This document shows, piece by piece, positions 1-9,514 of a stretch of 64,000 bases of DNA (position 1 is the stretch's first letter; each line of letters begins with the position of its first letter). Source of the stretch: Promethearchaeia archaeon (GTDB taxonomy: Archaea; Asgardarchaeota; Lokiarchaeia; Sigyniarchaeales; SOKP01); the NCBI GenBank assembly GCA_029856045.1, contig JAHQWG010000028.1, forward strand, positions 96,001 through 160,000, given 5' to 3'. Both the position numbers and the translations under genes were made by a program. The notes below the pieces were generated by a model. The model was not told where the DNA came from. It was given only the letters and a program-made list of their open reading frames with translations, and did no database searches.

Positions 1-34
1 ATATTTAAATTCTCGGTAGATCACAAAGCTTTGT

Positions 35-538
35 ATGGATGATAGAATTGATGATCTTTACAATAAACTTGGACAATTATTTGTAGAAGTGGAAAAAATA
101 ACCGATAATGTTGGATTAATAAAAAATAATCTTGATACGATTTCTAAGACTAAGGGCTCATTTGGTTTAAAGGCGATTGCAAAATCAAGCCTTCTAAAAG
201 ATTTTGAACCTATTGAAGGAATTGGAACTAGCACTAAAAGATATAAATTATTTTTCAGGTTTATTAAGGATGAATGGAAATCAACTGTAAATGATTTTCT
301 GATTGGTATAAAACAACAAGATCGATCCTCTAATTACGACTTAAAAGCATTGGGTATAAGGATCCATATTAATGATACACGAAAATTACGACAATTAGCT
401 AAACAAGTTATTTCGCTCCTCCATATTTCATGCGAGATTAATAGTATTGATAGTACCACTATTTTACGTGAGATTATCCAAGAAATAAACGCAAAAAGTG
501 ATACTATGGTTAGAAATATAAAGGAAAAAATTCATTAG
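35..538 (+). CDS. hypothetical protein
   Basis: 167-aa ORF, ends 17 nt before the next gene on the same strand; no recognisable motif. Confidence 0.55.
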   Translation: MDDRIDDLYNKLGQLFVEVEKITDNVGLIKNNLDTISKTKGSFGLKAIAKSSLLKDFEPIEGIGTSTKRYKLFFRFIKDEWKSTVNDFLIGIKQQDRSSNYDLKALGIRIHINDTRKLRQLAKQVISLLHISCEINSIDSTTILREIIQEINAKSDTMVRNIKEKIH

Positions 539-555
539 CACAAGTAAAAATCATT

Positions 556-1479
556 ATGAAAGAAAATACGATACTACAAAATTTTTATAAAACCTTAGAA
601 ATAAATGGTTATAGAGGGCAAATTATTTCTGCAAAATATATTCCAGACTTGCGGAACGACATTCGAAAGCATTATGAACAAAATCTTATTTATCCAGAGT
701 TATATAAAGAATATAAAGCATATTTTGAGTTTGAACCAGATGTGGATTTCGCTCAGATAAATTCTCTTTTCATAATCGCGGTTCCCGTGCCTCAATTTAA
801 GGTTATTTTCCATTGGAATAAAAAAAAGATTTCTTTACTTATACCCCCTACATATTTACATAATCTTGAGATAATAAACAAAGTGAAGGAACTCCTAACC
901 GAGATATTCAAGCCGGATGGGTATAATTTCGCATATGCCAACCTTCCTGAAAAAACCTTAGCAGTACGTAGCGGATTAGCCGAATATGGGAGAAATAATA
1001 TCACTTATGTGCCGGGAATGGGTAGTTTTCATTACTTAACAGCATTTTATTCGGACTTTCTTGTCGAACAAAATAATTGGCAAGAATTACGAATCATGGA
1101 TATGTGTAAGGAGTGTTCTGCCTGTGTTCGAAAGTGTCCCACCGGAGCAATCCCAACGGATCGCTTTCTATTACGTGTTGAGAAGTGTCTTACATATCAT
1201 AATGAACTACCAGGAGATATCTCCTTTCCAGATTGGATTGATCCTACATGGCATAATTGTTTAGTTGGTTGCCTTCATTGTCAGAAAGTGTGTCCTGCAA
1301 ATAAGAAAGTTATAAATTGGATCGAACCTGGACCAACATTCAGTGAAGAGGAGACAAAATTGATCTTAAGTCGAAAAAATGTAGATCAACTGTCCGAAGA
1401 GACGAGAAAGAAAATAGAAGAGCATGATTTGCTTGATTATTTTGAGCTTATTCCACGAAATTTAAGTGTTTTATTATAA
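556..1479 (+). CDS. epoxyqueuosine reductase (QueG)-like 4Fe-4S double-cluster protein
   Basis: KTLAVRSGLAEYGRNN, CKECSACVRKCPTGA, CLTY and CLVGCLHCQKVCP motifs typical of the QueG-like family. Confidence 0.75.
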   Translation: MKENTILQNFYKTLEINGYRGQIISAKYIPDLRNDIRKHYEQNLIYPELYKEYKAYFEFEPDVDFAQINSLFIIAVPVPQFKVIFHWNKKKISLLIPPTYLHNLEIINKVKELLTEIFKPDGYNFAYANLPEKTLAVRSGLAEYGRNNITYVPGMGSFHYLTAFYSDFLVEQNNWQELRIMDMCKECSACVRKCPTGAIPTDRFLLRVEKCLTYHNELPGDISFPDWIDPTWHNCLVGCLHCQKVCPANKKVINWIEPGPTFSEEETKLILSRKNVDQLSEETRKKIEEHDLLDYFELIPRNLSVLL

Positions 1480-1705
1480 GAGAATTCCTATAAAAAGATT
1501 AATACAACGTTTGCTATACTTAATTGACGATATGTTTGATAATTTGAAAGAAGAATTGATTAAGGTCTTGAGATATAGTTCTAACAACTTGTTGAATCAC
1601 TTTTGTATTTTTATCATAAAGAGAGATTTTTTAAATATATTAAGTTAATTTTAAGTGATAAACCTTAAAAAATGAAATTTTTGAAATATTATAGAGTTGA
1701 AAAAA

Positions 1706-2494
1706 ATGAGTTATGAAGATATAATTTATGAAAAAAAGGAGGGGGTTGCTCGCATAACTATCAATCGACCTCAGCGCTATAACGCATGTACACAGCACAC
1801 TGTTCATGAATTGATCGACGCTTTCAATAGGTGTATGGATAATGAAATTGGCGTTGTGGTATTCACCGGTGCAGGGGAGAAGGCGTTTTGTACCGGTGGG
1901 GATCAAACGACCCGCGAGAAGGGCGGATACAAGGGGGAGTATATGTTACCGTTGGAGGTGGGCTGGCAACGCGTGACGCTTCTGATCCGCACTCTACCCA
2001 AACCGGTCATCGCTCGAGTGAACGGGTACGCGATCGGAGGAGGTCATGTATGGCATGTTAATTGTGATCTCAGCATTGCAGCAAAACATGCGCAGCTTGG
2101 GCAAGCAGGTCCTCGCGTAGGTTCTTTTGATCCAGGGTATGGAACTGGTGACTTAATGCGTGCCGTGGGCATGAAACGTGCCAAAGAAATTTGGTTTCTA
2201 TGTCGTCGATATACAGCACAACAAGCATTGGAAATGGGACTTGTGAATGCTGTTGTACCGTATGAAAAATTGGACGAGGAAGTGGATAAATGGTGTCAAG
2301 AACTGTTAGAAAAGAGCCCAACAGCGCTGAGAATGCTCAAATATGCTTTCTTGGCCGAAACTGATGGAGTAACAGGTATCACACAGTTAGGAGTTGGGGG
2401 ACTAGGTCTTTACTATGGCACCGAGGAGGCTGTGGAAGGAAAGAATGCATTTTTAGAAAAACGCAAACCTGATTTTAATAAATTCAGAAAATAG
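1706..2494 (+). CDS. MenB/BadI-family crotonase (ring-cleaving 2-ketocyclohexanecarboxyl-CoA hydrolase-like, or DHNA-CoA synthase)
   Basis: FCTGGDQ, YAIGGGH, GPRVGSFDPGYG, EIWFLCRRY, EGKNAFLEKRKPDF; ATG at 1706 preferred over TTG at 1697. Confidence 0.8.
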   Translation: MSYEDIIYEKKEGVARITINRPQRYNACTQHTVHELIDAFNRCMDNEIGVVVFTGAGEKAFCTGGDQTTREKGGYKGEYMLPLEVGWQRVTLLIRTLPKPVIARVNGYAIGGGHVWHVNCDLSIAAKHAQLGQAGPRVGSFDPGYGTGDLMRAVGMKRAKEIWFLCRRYTAQQALEMGLVNAVVPYEKLDEEVDKWCQELLEKSPTALRMLKYAFLAETDGVTGITQLGVGGLGLYYGTEEAVEGKNAFLEKRKPDFNKFRK

Positions 2495-3354
2495 TGAGGG
2501 TTATGGATATTAAAAAAATTTGTATAATTGGAGCAGGTATTATGGGTCATGGGATTGCGCAATTAGTTGCAACTCATGGATATGATGTAAACCTTGTAGA
2601 TGTAAATGATGAAGTTTTAAATAAAGCAAAAGCCTCTATTGAAAAGAGTCTCAACAGATTTTTTGTAGCAAAAAATAAGATTACTGCTGAAGAAGCTGAA
2701 AAAATTCTAGATAGGATTAGTCTAAATGTTAATAGGGATGATGCAGTTAAAGACGTACAAATGGGAATTGAGGCTGTGTTTGAAGATATTACTTTAAAGC
2801 AGCAATTATTCTCTGAGCTGGATGCTATATGCGATAAAGATGTAATTCTTGCGTCTAATACATCTTCATTGAGTATTACAGATATTGCTATAAAATCTAA
2901 AAATCCAGATAGGATCGTAGGGATTCATTTCTTCAACCCGGCTCCAGTTATGAGATTAATAGAATTAATAAAAGGGAAGAATACATCTGATGAAGTCTTA
3001 AAAACGTCAAAAAAGTTCTCTGAGAGCTTAAATAAAACTGTAGTGACCGTAAATGATGCTCCTGGCTTCGTAACAACTCGGCTCATTTATGTATTATGTA
3101 ATGAAGCTGCAAACATGAAAATGGAAGGAATCGCCAGCACAGAAGATATTGATATTGCTTGTAAATTGGCGTTCAATTTTCCCATGGGTCCTTTAGAACT
3201 AAGTGATCTCGTAGGGAATGATATTTATTTGCATATAGGAGAATATTTAGAAAAGGAATTCGGAGATAAATATAAACCGTGCCCTATTCTAAAAGAAATG
3301 GTTGATAAAAATTTATTGGGAAGAAAATCTAAAAAAGGCTTTTATGAATATTAA
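2494..3354 (+). CDS. 3-hydroxyacyl-CoA (3-hydroxybutyryl-CoA) dehydrogenase
   Basis: GAGIMGHGIA Rossmann motif, EAVFE, SNTSS, GIHFFNPAPVM, PMGPLEL. Confidence 0.92.
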   Translation: MRVMDIKKICIIGAGIMGHGIAQLVATHGYDVNLVDVNDEVLNKAKASIEKSLNRFFVAKNKITAEEAEKILDRISLNVNRDDAVKDVQMGIEAVFEDITLKQQLFSELDAICDKDVILASNTSSLSITDIAIKSKNPDRIVGIHFFNPAPVMRLIELIKGKNTSDEVLKTSKKFSESLNKTVVTVNDAPGFVTTRLIYVLCNEAANMKMEGIASTEDIDIACKLAFNFPMGPLELSDLVGNDIYLHIGEYLEKEFGDKYKPCPILKEMVDKNLLGRKSKKGFYEY

Positions 3355-3396
3355 CTTTTAGCTTAAATCATTACCTTAATTTTTTTCTTTTATTTT

Positions 3397-4539
3397 TTAT
3401 TTTAACTCTTCCCGTGCAATGATTAAGTTCTGTATCTCGGAAGTTCCACCTCCGATCATAAAGAATTTAGCATCTCTCATATATCTTTCAACAGAATAAT
3501 CGTCTGTATATCCATCTCCACCGTGAATCTGAACTGCTTCTGATGTGATTTCTACAGCAGTTTTACTTGAGAAAACTTTTGCCATTGAAGCTTCCTTAGT
3601 TATATTCATGTTCATTTCATTTAATTTTGCAGCATTATAAGTTAATAGTCGTGCAGCCTGTAACTTTGTAGCCATTTCTGCAATTTTTAATTTAATAAGT
3701 TGAAATGATGAGATTGGTTTATTAAATTGAATTCGATTTTTTGCATAATATTTGGAATCCTCTAAAGCCGCCAGAGATATACCATTACTCTCGGAACTCA
3801 AGGTCAACCTTTCTATATTAAAAGTAGCCATCAAACTTTGAAATCCACTTCCCTCTTCGCCGATAAGATTTTCTTCTGAAACTTCTATATTTTTAAACTG
3901 AAGAATCCCATTATATATTCCATTTATTCCCATTAAACCATAAGGATTTTCAATTGTTAAGCCGGGAGTATCTTTTTCCACTAAGAATACACTCATTCCA
4001 TTTCGGGGATCAACATTATTATTTGTAATGCACCAAATAAAATAATAATCTGCTATTCCCACATTAACAATAAATCTTTTAGAACCATTTAGGAGATAAA
4101 TGTCTCCCCTTTTTTCTGCTACAGTTTTTATTCCCGCCACATTAGAACCTGCATCTTTTTCTGTAACACAAATACTGCATAATTTTTCTCCGGTAGCAAT
4201 TTTTTTCAGGTAATTTTCTTTTTGAACTTCATTTCCAAATTTATTAAGAAGGAATCCATCTAAAATACAAGGCGTTCGAGTAACACTGATTGAGGTATTA
4301 ATTCTCGAAATTTCTTCAGTTATCATACAATGAGCAATCATTCCAAACTCCGAACCATTGTATCTTTTTGGAATTAAAGGTCCAATTAATCCCTTTTTTC
4401 CAATTTCTTTAATCAAAGAAGGAGGAATTTTTCTATTCTGATTAATTTCATTCTTTATCGGTTCTAATTCTGTTAATAAAAACTTTCTTACATCTTCCCG
4501 TAATGCGTAGTGTTTCTCTGAAAAAAATAATTCGTTCAT
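3397..4539 (-). CDS. acyl-CoA dehydrogenase
   Basis: TEKDAGSNV, NGSKRFI, RIQFNKPI, AVQIHGGDGY, ERYMRDAK, GGTSEIQ. Confidence 0.93.
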   Translation of the reverse strand: MNELFFSEKHYALREDVRKFLLTELEPIKNEINQNRKIPPSLIKEIGKKGLIGPLIPKRYNGSEFGMIAHCMITEEISRINTSISVTRTPCILDGFLLNKFGNEVQKENYLKKIATGEKLCSICVTEKDAGSNVAGIKTVAEKRGDIYLLNGSKRFIVNVGIADYYFIWCITNNNVDPRNGMSVFLVEKDTPGLTIENPYGLMGINGIYNGILQFKNIEVSEENLIGEEGSGFQSLMATFNIERLTLSSESNGISLAALEDSKYYAKNRIQFNKPISSFQLIKLKIAEMATKLQAARLLTYNAAKLNEMNMNITKEASMAKVFSSKTAVEITSEAVQIHGGDGYTDDYSVERYMRDAKFFMIGGGTSEIQNLIIAREELK

Positions 4540-4691
4540 CTAATCATCACTAATTTGTTTTTCATACTATTTTATATTATGAGTTAATTTTAAATATTAA
4601 ATTTTTAATTAATTAAAAAATACATCTCCTAAAACAATTATGCAAATTATACCTAAAATCATAAAAGTAATGCCATTATAAAACATTTAAA

Positions 4692-5087
4692 ATGAAAGGA
4701 ACCTACATTTTAGAAATCAGCTTTCAAAATGATATCGAATTATCAATTGGAAGTTTAGGTTTAATTCATTTTAAAAAAGGTTTCTATTACTATATCGGAT
4801 CAGCAATGGGTTCTCAAGGTTCCTCTGCTTTACTTAATCGTGTTAAGCGTCATCTAAAGAATTCTAATGAAAAGAAAAGATTTTGGCATATAGATTATCT
4901 CCTTGAAAGTAAGAATGCTCTTTTAACCAAAATTATTCTTATCCCCTGTCAAATCAAATTAGAATGTGAGTTTGCAAGAAGTTTTTTACAATTGACAGAT
5001 AATTTTATTCCAAACTTTGGAAGTAGCGATTGTAATTGTAAAACTCATTTATTACATTTTACAAAATCCAATAATTTGTTCAAATAA
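4692..5087 (+). CDS. DUF123 / GIY-YIG-like endonuclease
   Basis: MKGTYIL...YYYIGSA, RVKRH, WHIDYLL, FGSSDCNCKTHL. Confidence 0.85.
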   Translation: MKGTYILEISFQNDIELSIGSLGLIHFKKGFYYYIGSAMGSQGSSALLNRVKRHLKNSNEKKRFWHIDYLLESKNALLTKIILIPCQIKLECEFARSFLQLTDNFIPNFGSSDCNCKTHLLHFTKSNNLFK

Positions 5088-5171
5088 TCAATTGAAAGAA
5101 AGAAAAAATCAAAATTAATATTCAATTTTTCATTTATATTTAAAAAAGAAAAATAAAGTTGATTTTTACAA

Positions 5172-5660
5172 TTGCAGATGGTTACTCACTTTTTGGTCGG
5201 AATTATCATACAGAAATATCTTTTTGGAATAATTCCGTTTCCCTTTGATATTATATTAATATTAATATTGGCATTTTTATCGCATATTCTCGTTGATTGC
5301 CTTTCAAGATTGACATTTCATACACCCGAACCACAAAAAGGTGATAAAATCTGGCTATCCTGGCATATTATTATTTATGTGGCGAGCTTTCTGGTTTTCA
5401 TAATTTTTTTTAATCCGTATTGGCTGGCTATGATTGCATCAATCTTATTCGATATTTGGGACTGGTATACTCTAAGGGCAATACAACGTCATATTAAAAA
5501 AGATCCAAACTGGGGAAAAAAATATTTTTTACATCCAATAGTCGATAAAATAAGAAGTAAATTCTTTATGTGGCTCCCAGATCTTACCTACAACCATAAA
5601 GGTATAATAGTTGAGATAGTTATCATAATTTCATTATTGTGTATTATCTTATTTCTCTGA
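5172..5660 (+). CDS. membrane protein, possible metal-dependent hydrolase
   Basis: multiple hydrophobic segments with THFLVG, SHILVD and DIWDW His/Asp motifs. Confidence 0.6.
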   Translation: MQMVTHFLVGIIIQKYLFGIIPFPFDIILILILAFLSHILVDCLSRLTFHTPEPQKGDKIWLSWHIIIYVASFLVFIIFFNPYWLAMIASILFDIWDWYTLRAIQRHIKKDPNWGKKYFLHPIVDKIRSKFFMWLPDLTYNHKGIIVEIVIIISLLCIILFL

Positions 5661-5761
5661 AATAATTTCGTTTTTAAATACAAATAATAAGATCTGTTTA
5701 TTCTAATTATTTATAGTTAAATTCTATAATAACATTAATTTCACAAAAAGGTAAAGAAAAA

Positions 5762-7231
5762 ATGGAAAATATAACCCAAAAAGAATTGAGAAAAATACAG
5801 AAGCTGGAAAAACGCCAAGGAATGTTGACAGCATATGTAAGTAAAGTAGGAAAATTGCTACTTTATATTCTTCCACTGGTACTTGTGGTAATTACAATAC
5901 TAACACTCTTTCAAATCTCAATGTATGCTATCTTCTATGTAGTTTTGTTAATTTACGGAATAAATTCATTGATCTTATTCTATGGCGCAAGTTTAACAAA
6001 GAAATCATTTCAATCCAGATTAAAGTTTGAAAGAAGACGTGGTCGACCCATCGATTCTCTTGATGGATTTGATTTGCTCTCTTCTAAAGTCCAGCGGGTG
6101 ATAAATTTACTCAAAATTATTGCTCTTGTGTGTATTGTGTCTTTAACATTATTTATCATTATGTTGGCATATAATACAGTCGAATTAGGTTATGCAGCGA
6201 TTGGTTTTACTTTGGTGGGGTTGGGTTTAGCTTTAATAATCAGAAGTTTGAATTTAAAGGTTTCAGAGGTAAATGGCCTCCAAGATTTTTACAAACCAAC
6301 AACACATCAAATCTTTTTAGATAACTTTTTCGCAGAAATCTTTTCAAATCATTTGGACCCTGTAACATTTCTTAAATGGGATGATTATATGTTAGGGCTC
6401 CAAAAGATTTTGAATCCCAATTTCGTCCAAAAAATTAAAGAGCAAGAGCCAGATGAGATGCCAATAACGTTTGCGATAGAAAAAATGCTCTTTCTATTTT
6501 ATTTGAAATATCAAAATGTATTATCTGATGAATTAATAGCTCAAGAACTGAAAGAAGTAATCAACATTGACGATAAAGTCTTTAATATTGAAAAGGGGTT
6601 GTTAATGGAAAATAATTGGTATTTCTCCAAAAATGATATCTATAAAATATTTAAATTCATCAAGAGATATAATCCTGGTTTTTTCAATATAATAGACCGA
6701 CTACAGTTAGAATTAGCAGATAATATCGAGCGACTTTCCAAGGATCCAATATACATGGACTCCTCATCCCAAGAAATTGTCTATGTAAATGATGAACTTA
6801 ACATTATGATTTATCTATTTAACAATACATCAACAGGAAAAAAATATTCAGTGAGGGTAATCGCCCCAGGCTTTGATCCGAAGGAACTCGTTTTAGATAT
6901 TGAAGTTGAAGGACGAGGGACCTTTAAGATCCCTGAAAAACCAATTCCATTAACAGCAATGGGCGAAACGGATATTTGTGGAGTATTATCTGTGATGTTA
7001 GAAAACGGCGATACCACCTGGATAACATTGGAACCGAGAGAAGTTGGTGAGCAGACTATTCAGATATTTTTAGAATCTGTAGATGGAACAATTATTGAAG
7101 GAAAGACAAGGTCTGTGAAAGTTGTTAAAAATTTTAAGGATAATCTTAAGAAAATAACCTCGATCGGATCTTTGCTTGGTGGGTTGGCTGTTCCCCTTTC
7201 AAAAGTGATTCTACCAGGTATAATGCCTTAA
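5762..7231 (+). CDS. hypothetical membrane protein (about 4 N-terminal TM helices plus a soluble domain)
   Basis: long ORF with hydrophobic N-terminal segments; family not recognised. Confidence 0.75.
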   Translation: MENITQKELRKIQKLEKRQGMLTAYVSKVGKLLLYILPLVLVVITILTLFQISMYAIFYVVLLIYGINSLILFYGASLTKKSFQSRLKFERRRGRPIDSLDGFDLLSSKVQRVINLLKIIALVCIVSLTLFIIMLAYNTVELGYAAIGFTLVGLGLALIIRSLNLKVSEVNGLQDFYKPTTHQIFLDNFFAEIFSNHLDPVTFLKWDDYMLGLQKILNPNFVQKIKEQEPDEMPITFAIEKMLFLFYLKYQNVLSDELIAQELKEVINIDDKVFNIEKGLLMENNWYFSKNDIYKIFKFIKRYNPGFFNIIDRLQLELADNIERLSKDPIYMDSSSQEIVYVNDELNIMIYLFNNTSTGKKYSVRVIAPGFDPKELVLDIEVEGRGTFKIPEKPIPLTAMGETDICGVLSVMLENGDTTWITLEPREVGEQTIQIFLESVDGTIIEGKTRSVKVVKNFKDNLKKITSIGSLLGGLAVPLSKVILPGIMP

Positions 7232-7376
7232 TAATAATTTTTTTTTTTATTTTCTTTTTTAAAGAATGCTTATATTAGGTTATTTATTCATATTAGCCAA
7301 GAATTTAAAGATATAATTAATTTAAATCCTCTAATTTTAATTTTTCTGGCAATTATTTAATATTATGGAAATAACT

Positions 7377-7955
7377 TCAATTTTCTTGAACTTCTATTTT
7401 CCTTTTTTTGAAACCATGTTCGATTAAATTTTCAATTATCGGTTTCATCGTTGGACAAACTTCCCAATTACCCTTATATTCACACCGCTCACACTCTTTA
7501 GTAATGTGATTAGCTCTAACGTAAGCTATTACTCCAGTATAGAAATTTACTAGAAATAGCGATAATATTTTTAATATAAGAAATATCGGAAGATATATTA
7601 CGGCAACAATATAGAATCCCGTTCCAATTCCTATTGACACTTTTGAAAGAATTTTAAGAATTTTAAATTTTGTCAGATGGAAGATATTCAATAAAATTGC
7701 CAAAAAAAAAAGAAACGAAAGAAAATATAAAATAAAAAGATTTTGTAAACTCAAATCTATGAAGAGAATTGAAAAGATAATTGTAAGAATAATTGTAGGG
7801 TAATATGTAAAGCATCCTATACAAAACCTATATTTTCCAATATGATACACATGATCAGAGAAATGTTCACAATTGGGATGGTGAGATAAAACTATAGGTT
7901 TTATATCAGAAAAAAATAAAGAGACTCGTTTGAATTTTATCTTTAAACTTGTCAT
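7377..7955 (-). CDS. Cys/His-rich membrane protein (DUF2085-like)
   Basis: SHHPNC...H...FCIGC N-terminus, 4 TM segments, C-terminal CERC...CP. Confidence 0.6.
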   Translation of the reverse strand: MTSLKIKFKRVSLFFSDIKPIVLSHHPNCEHFSDHVYHIGKYRFCIGCFTYYPTIILTIIFSILFIDLSLQNLFILYFLSFLFFLAILLNIFHLTKFKILKILSKVSIGIGTGFYIVAVIYLPIFLILKILSLFLVNFYTGVIAYVRANHITKECERCEYKGNWEVCPTMKPIIENLIEHGFKKRKIEVQEN

Positions 7956-8037
7956 GCTTTTACTTATTCTTGATTTAATATAAAAGGAAAAAAAAAGATA
8001 ATTAAAAAATTAAATTTTATCTTAACAGAATCTCTTA

Positions 8038-8253
8038 CTACTTACGTACAATCAGGTAGATGATACATCCTATACAACCAGTGATAAGTACAATGATGAG
8101 CCAAAGGGCTCCTCCCATTTCTCTTTTCTCGGCATCTCTGTAGACCCATACACATAACGCTATTGATACTATGCACCAGATAACAAAAAGTACGATGAAG
8201 ATGGTCATAAAACCAGCAAGCGCAGCAAGAGGATCATAGTCAATTAATAACAT
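8038..8253 (-). CDS. small membrane protein, PLDc_N-like hairpin domain
   Basis: WVYRDAEKR...LWLIIVLITGCIGCIIYLIVRK. Confidence 0.75.
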   Translation of the reverse strand: MLLIDYDPLAALAGFMTIFIVLFVIWCIVSIALCVWVYRDAEKREMGGALWLIIVLITGCIGCIIYLIVRK

Positions 8254-8537
8254 TTTTTATCACATTGAATTTTTTATTTTTTTGTTTTCAAAATATTTTA
8301 ATTATTGAATTAGTATTCAACGTATAATAATTATGCAACCTAGTTATTTAAAGTTTCATTATTAAATGCACATTAATCATAATATTATTTGTAAGATTGT
8401 GCTGCTTAAATAAATCTCTGAAATCTTTGAGGTTTTAAAGAAGTTAGCGACAAAAATGATTCTTTTAAAAATCTAAAAAAAATAGAAAGAAATAGTAAAA
8501 AATTTTTAATTTTCTTATTTTAAGCAATATTGGCGCC

Positions 8538-8963
8538 TTATACTTTACTTCCACAATGGGGGCAGAATGTAGCTTGCGCTGGAATGGAAGCTCCGCAAGT
8601 AGGACAGAATTTTTTGTCCTTTTCTATTGGTTTTCCAGTTTCAGGTGGTGCGGGTGCTCTCTCCTCATACGGAGTTGTTGCTTGAGTAGTTGTTGGAGCG
8701 GTATAACTGGGAGGAGCTTTTTGTTCTCCTCCAATTGGTTTTCTTACAATTAAATAAATAATACATCCTAAACAACCTACGAGAAGCACAATAATTAGCC
8801 AAACCGTGTTATCCATACCCCGTTTTTCTGCATCTTTATAAACCCATACACCTAAAATAATTGGAATAATACAACCCAAAATAATAAGGGGTATCAATAA
8901 TACCATCATCATACCCATAATTGCTTCATAGGGGTCATAACCATATAACATTTTTTCACTCAC
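8538..8963 (-). CDS. PLDc_N-like membrane protein with C-terminal zinc ribbon
   Basis: WVYKDAEKRG...IIYLIVRK, Pro/Thr linker, CPTCG...FCPHCG. Confidence 0.8.
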   Translation of the reverse strand: MSEKMLYGYDPYEAIMGMMMVLLIPLIILGCIIPIILGVWVYKDAEKRGMDNTVWLIIVLLVGCLGCIIYLIVRKPIGGEQKAPPSYTAPTTTQATTPYEERAPAPPETGKPIEKDKKFCPTCGASIPAQATFCPHCGSKV

Positions 8964-9137
8964 TTTTACTTTATTTTTATGTTTATTTTTTTTTTTTTGA
9001 ATTTCAATTAAATTTATTGTAATAAGATTATTTAAAAATTTATAAAGGTTTTGAATGATTGTTTGATTAATAAATATTTGGTTTAATTATGCTAATAATT
9101 AATAAAATTTTTAATTAATTTAAATTTTTGATATAAA

Positions 9138-9503
9138 ATGAAAGATCTGTTAGGAATAAAAAATTTGAAAAGTGATTTATCTGCAATGAAAAATGAGATG
9201 ACTAAAATCAGTTCAGAAATTTCTAAGATGAGCGAAAACATAATATATCTTAGTGATAAAACATCGCAGAGTATGGACAGAGTATCCTCAGAACTTCATG
9301 AAATGAATTTAACAATAAGGGAAGCAATGAAAATAACTTCTGATACAATTAAAGAGATGAGTGAAAACTTTTCAAAAGCATTAAAAGATGCGCTGAGAGA
9401 TATGTCTGAAATGAAAGTCAAGGTTGAGGTTAGAGATTCGATTTTGAAAACTCTTGGAATTGATAAACTTCTTCCGGAGTTTTTAAAAAAATCTAAAAAA
9501 TAA
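9138..9503 (+). CDS. hypothetical coiled-coil protein
   Basis: Met/Ser/Glu/Lys-rich heptad-like helical sequence. Confidence 0.65.
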   Translation: MKDLLGIKNLKSDLSAMKNEMTKISSEISKMSENIIYLSDKTSQSMDRVSSELHEMNLTIREAMKITSDTIKEMSENFSKALKDALRDMSEMKVKVEVRDSILKTLGIDKLLPEFLKKSKK

Positions 9504-9514
9504 AAATATAGAAA

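Noticed and set aside
556-1479. Assigning the gene symbol queG
   Set aside because: Fold-level similarity only; queuosine is not an established archaeal tRNA modification, so the function is uncertain.
1466-1648. 60-aa ORF after the QueG-like gene
   Set aside because: No recognisable motif; could be a remnant or spurious.
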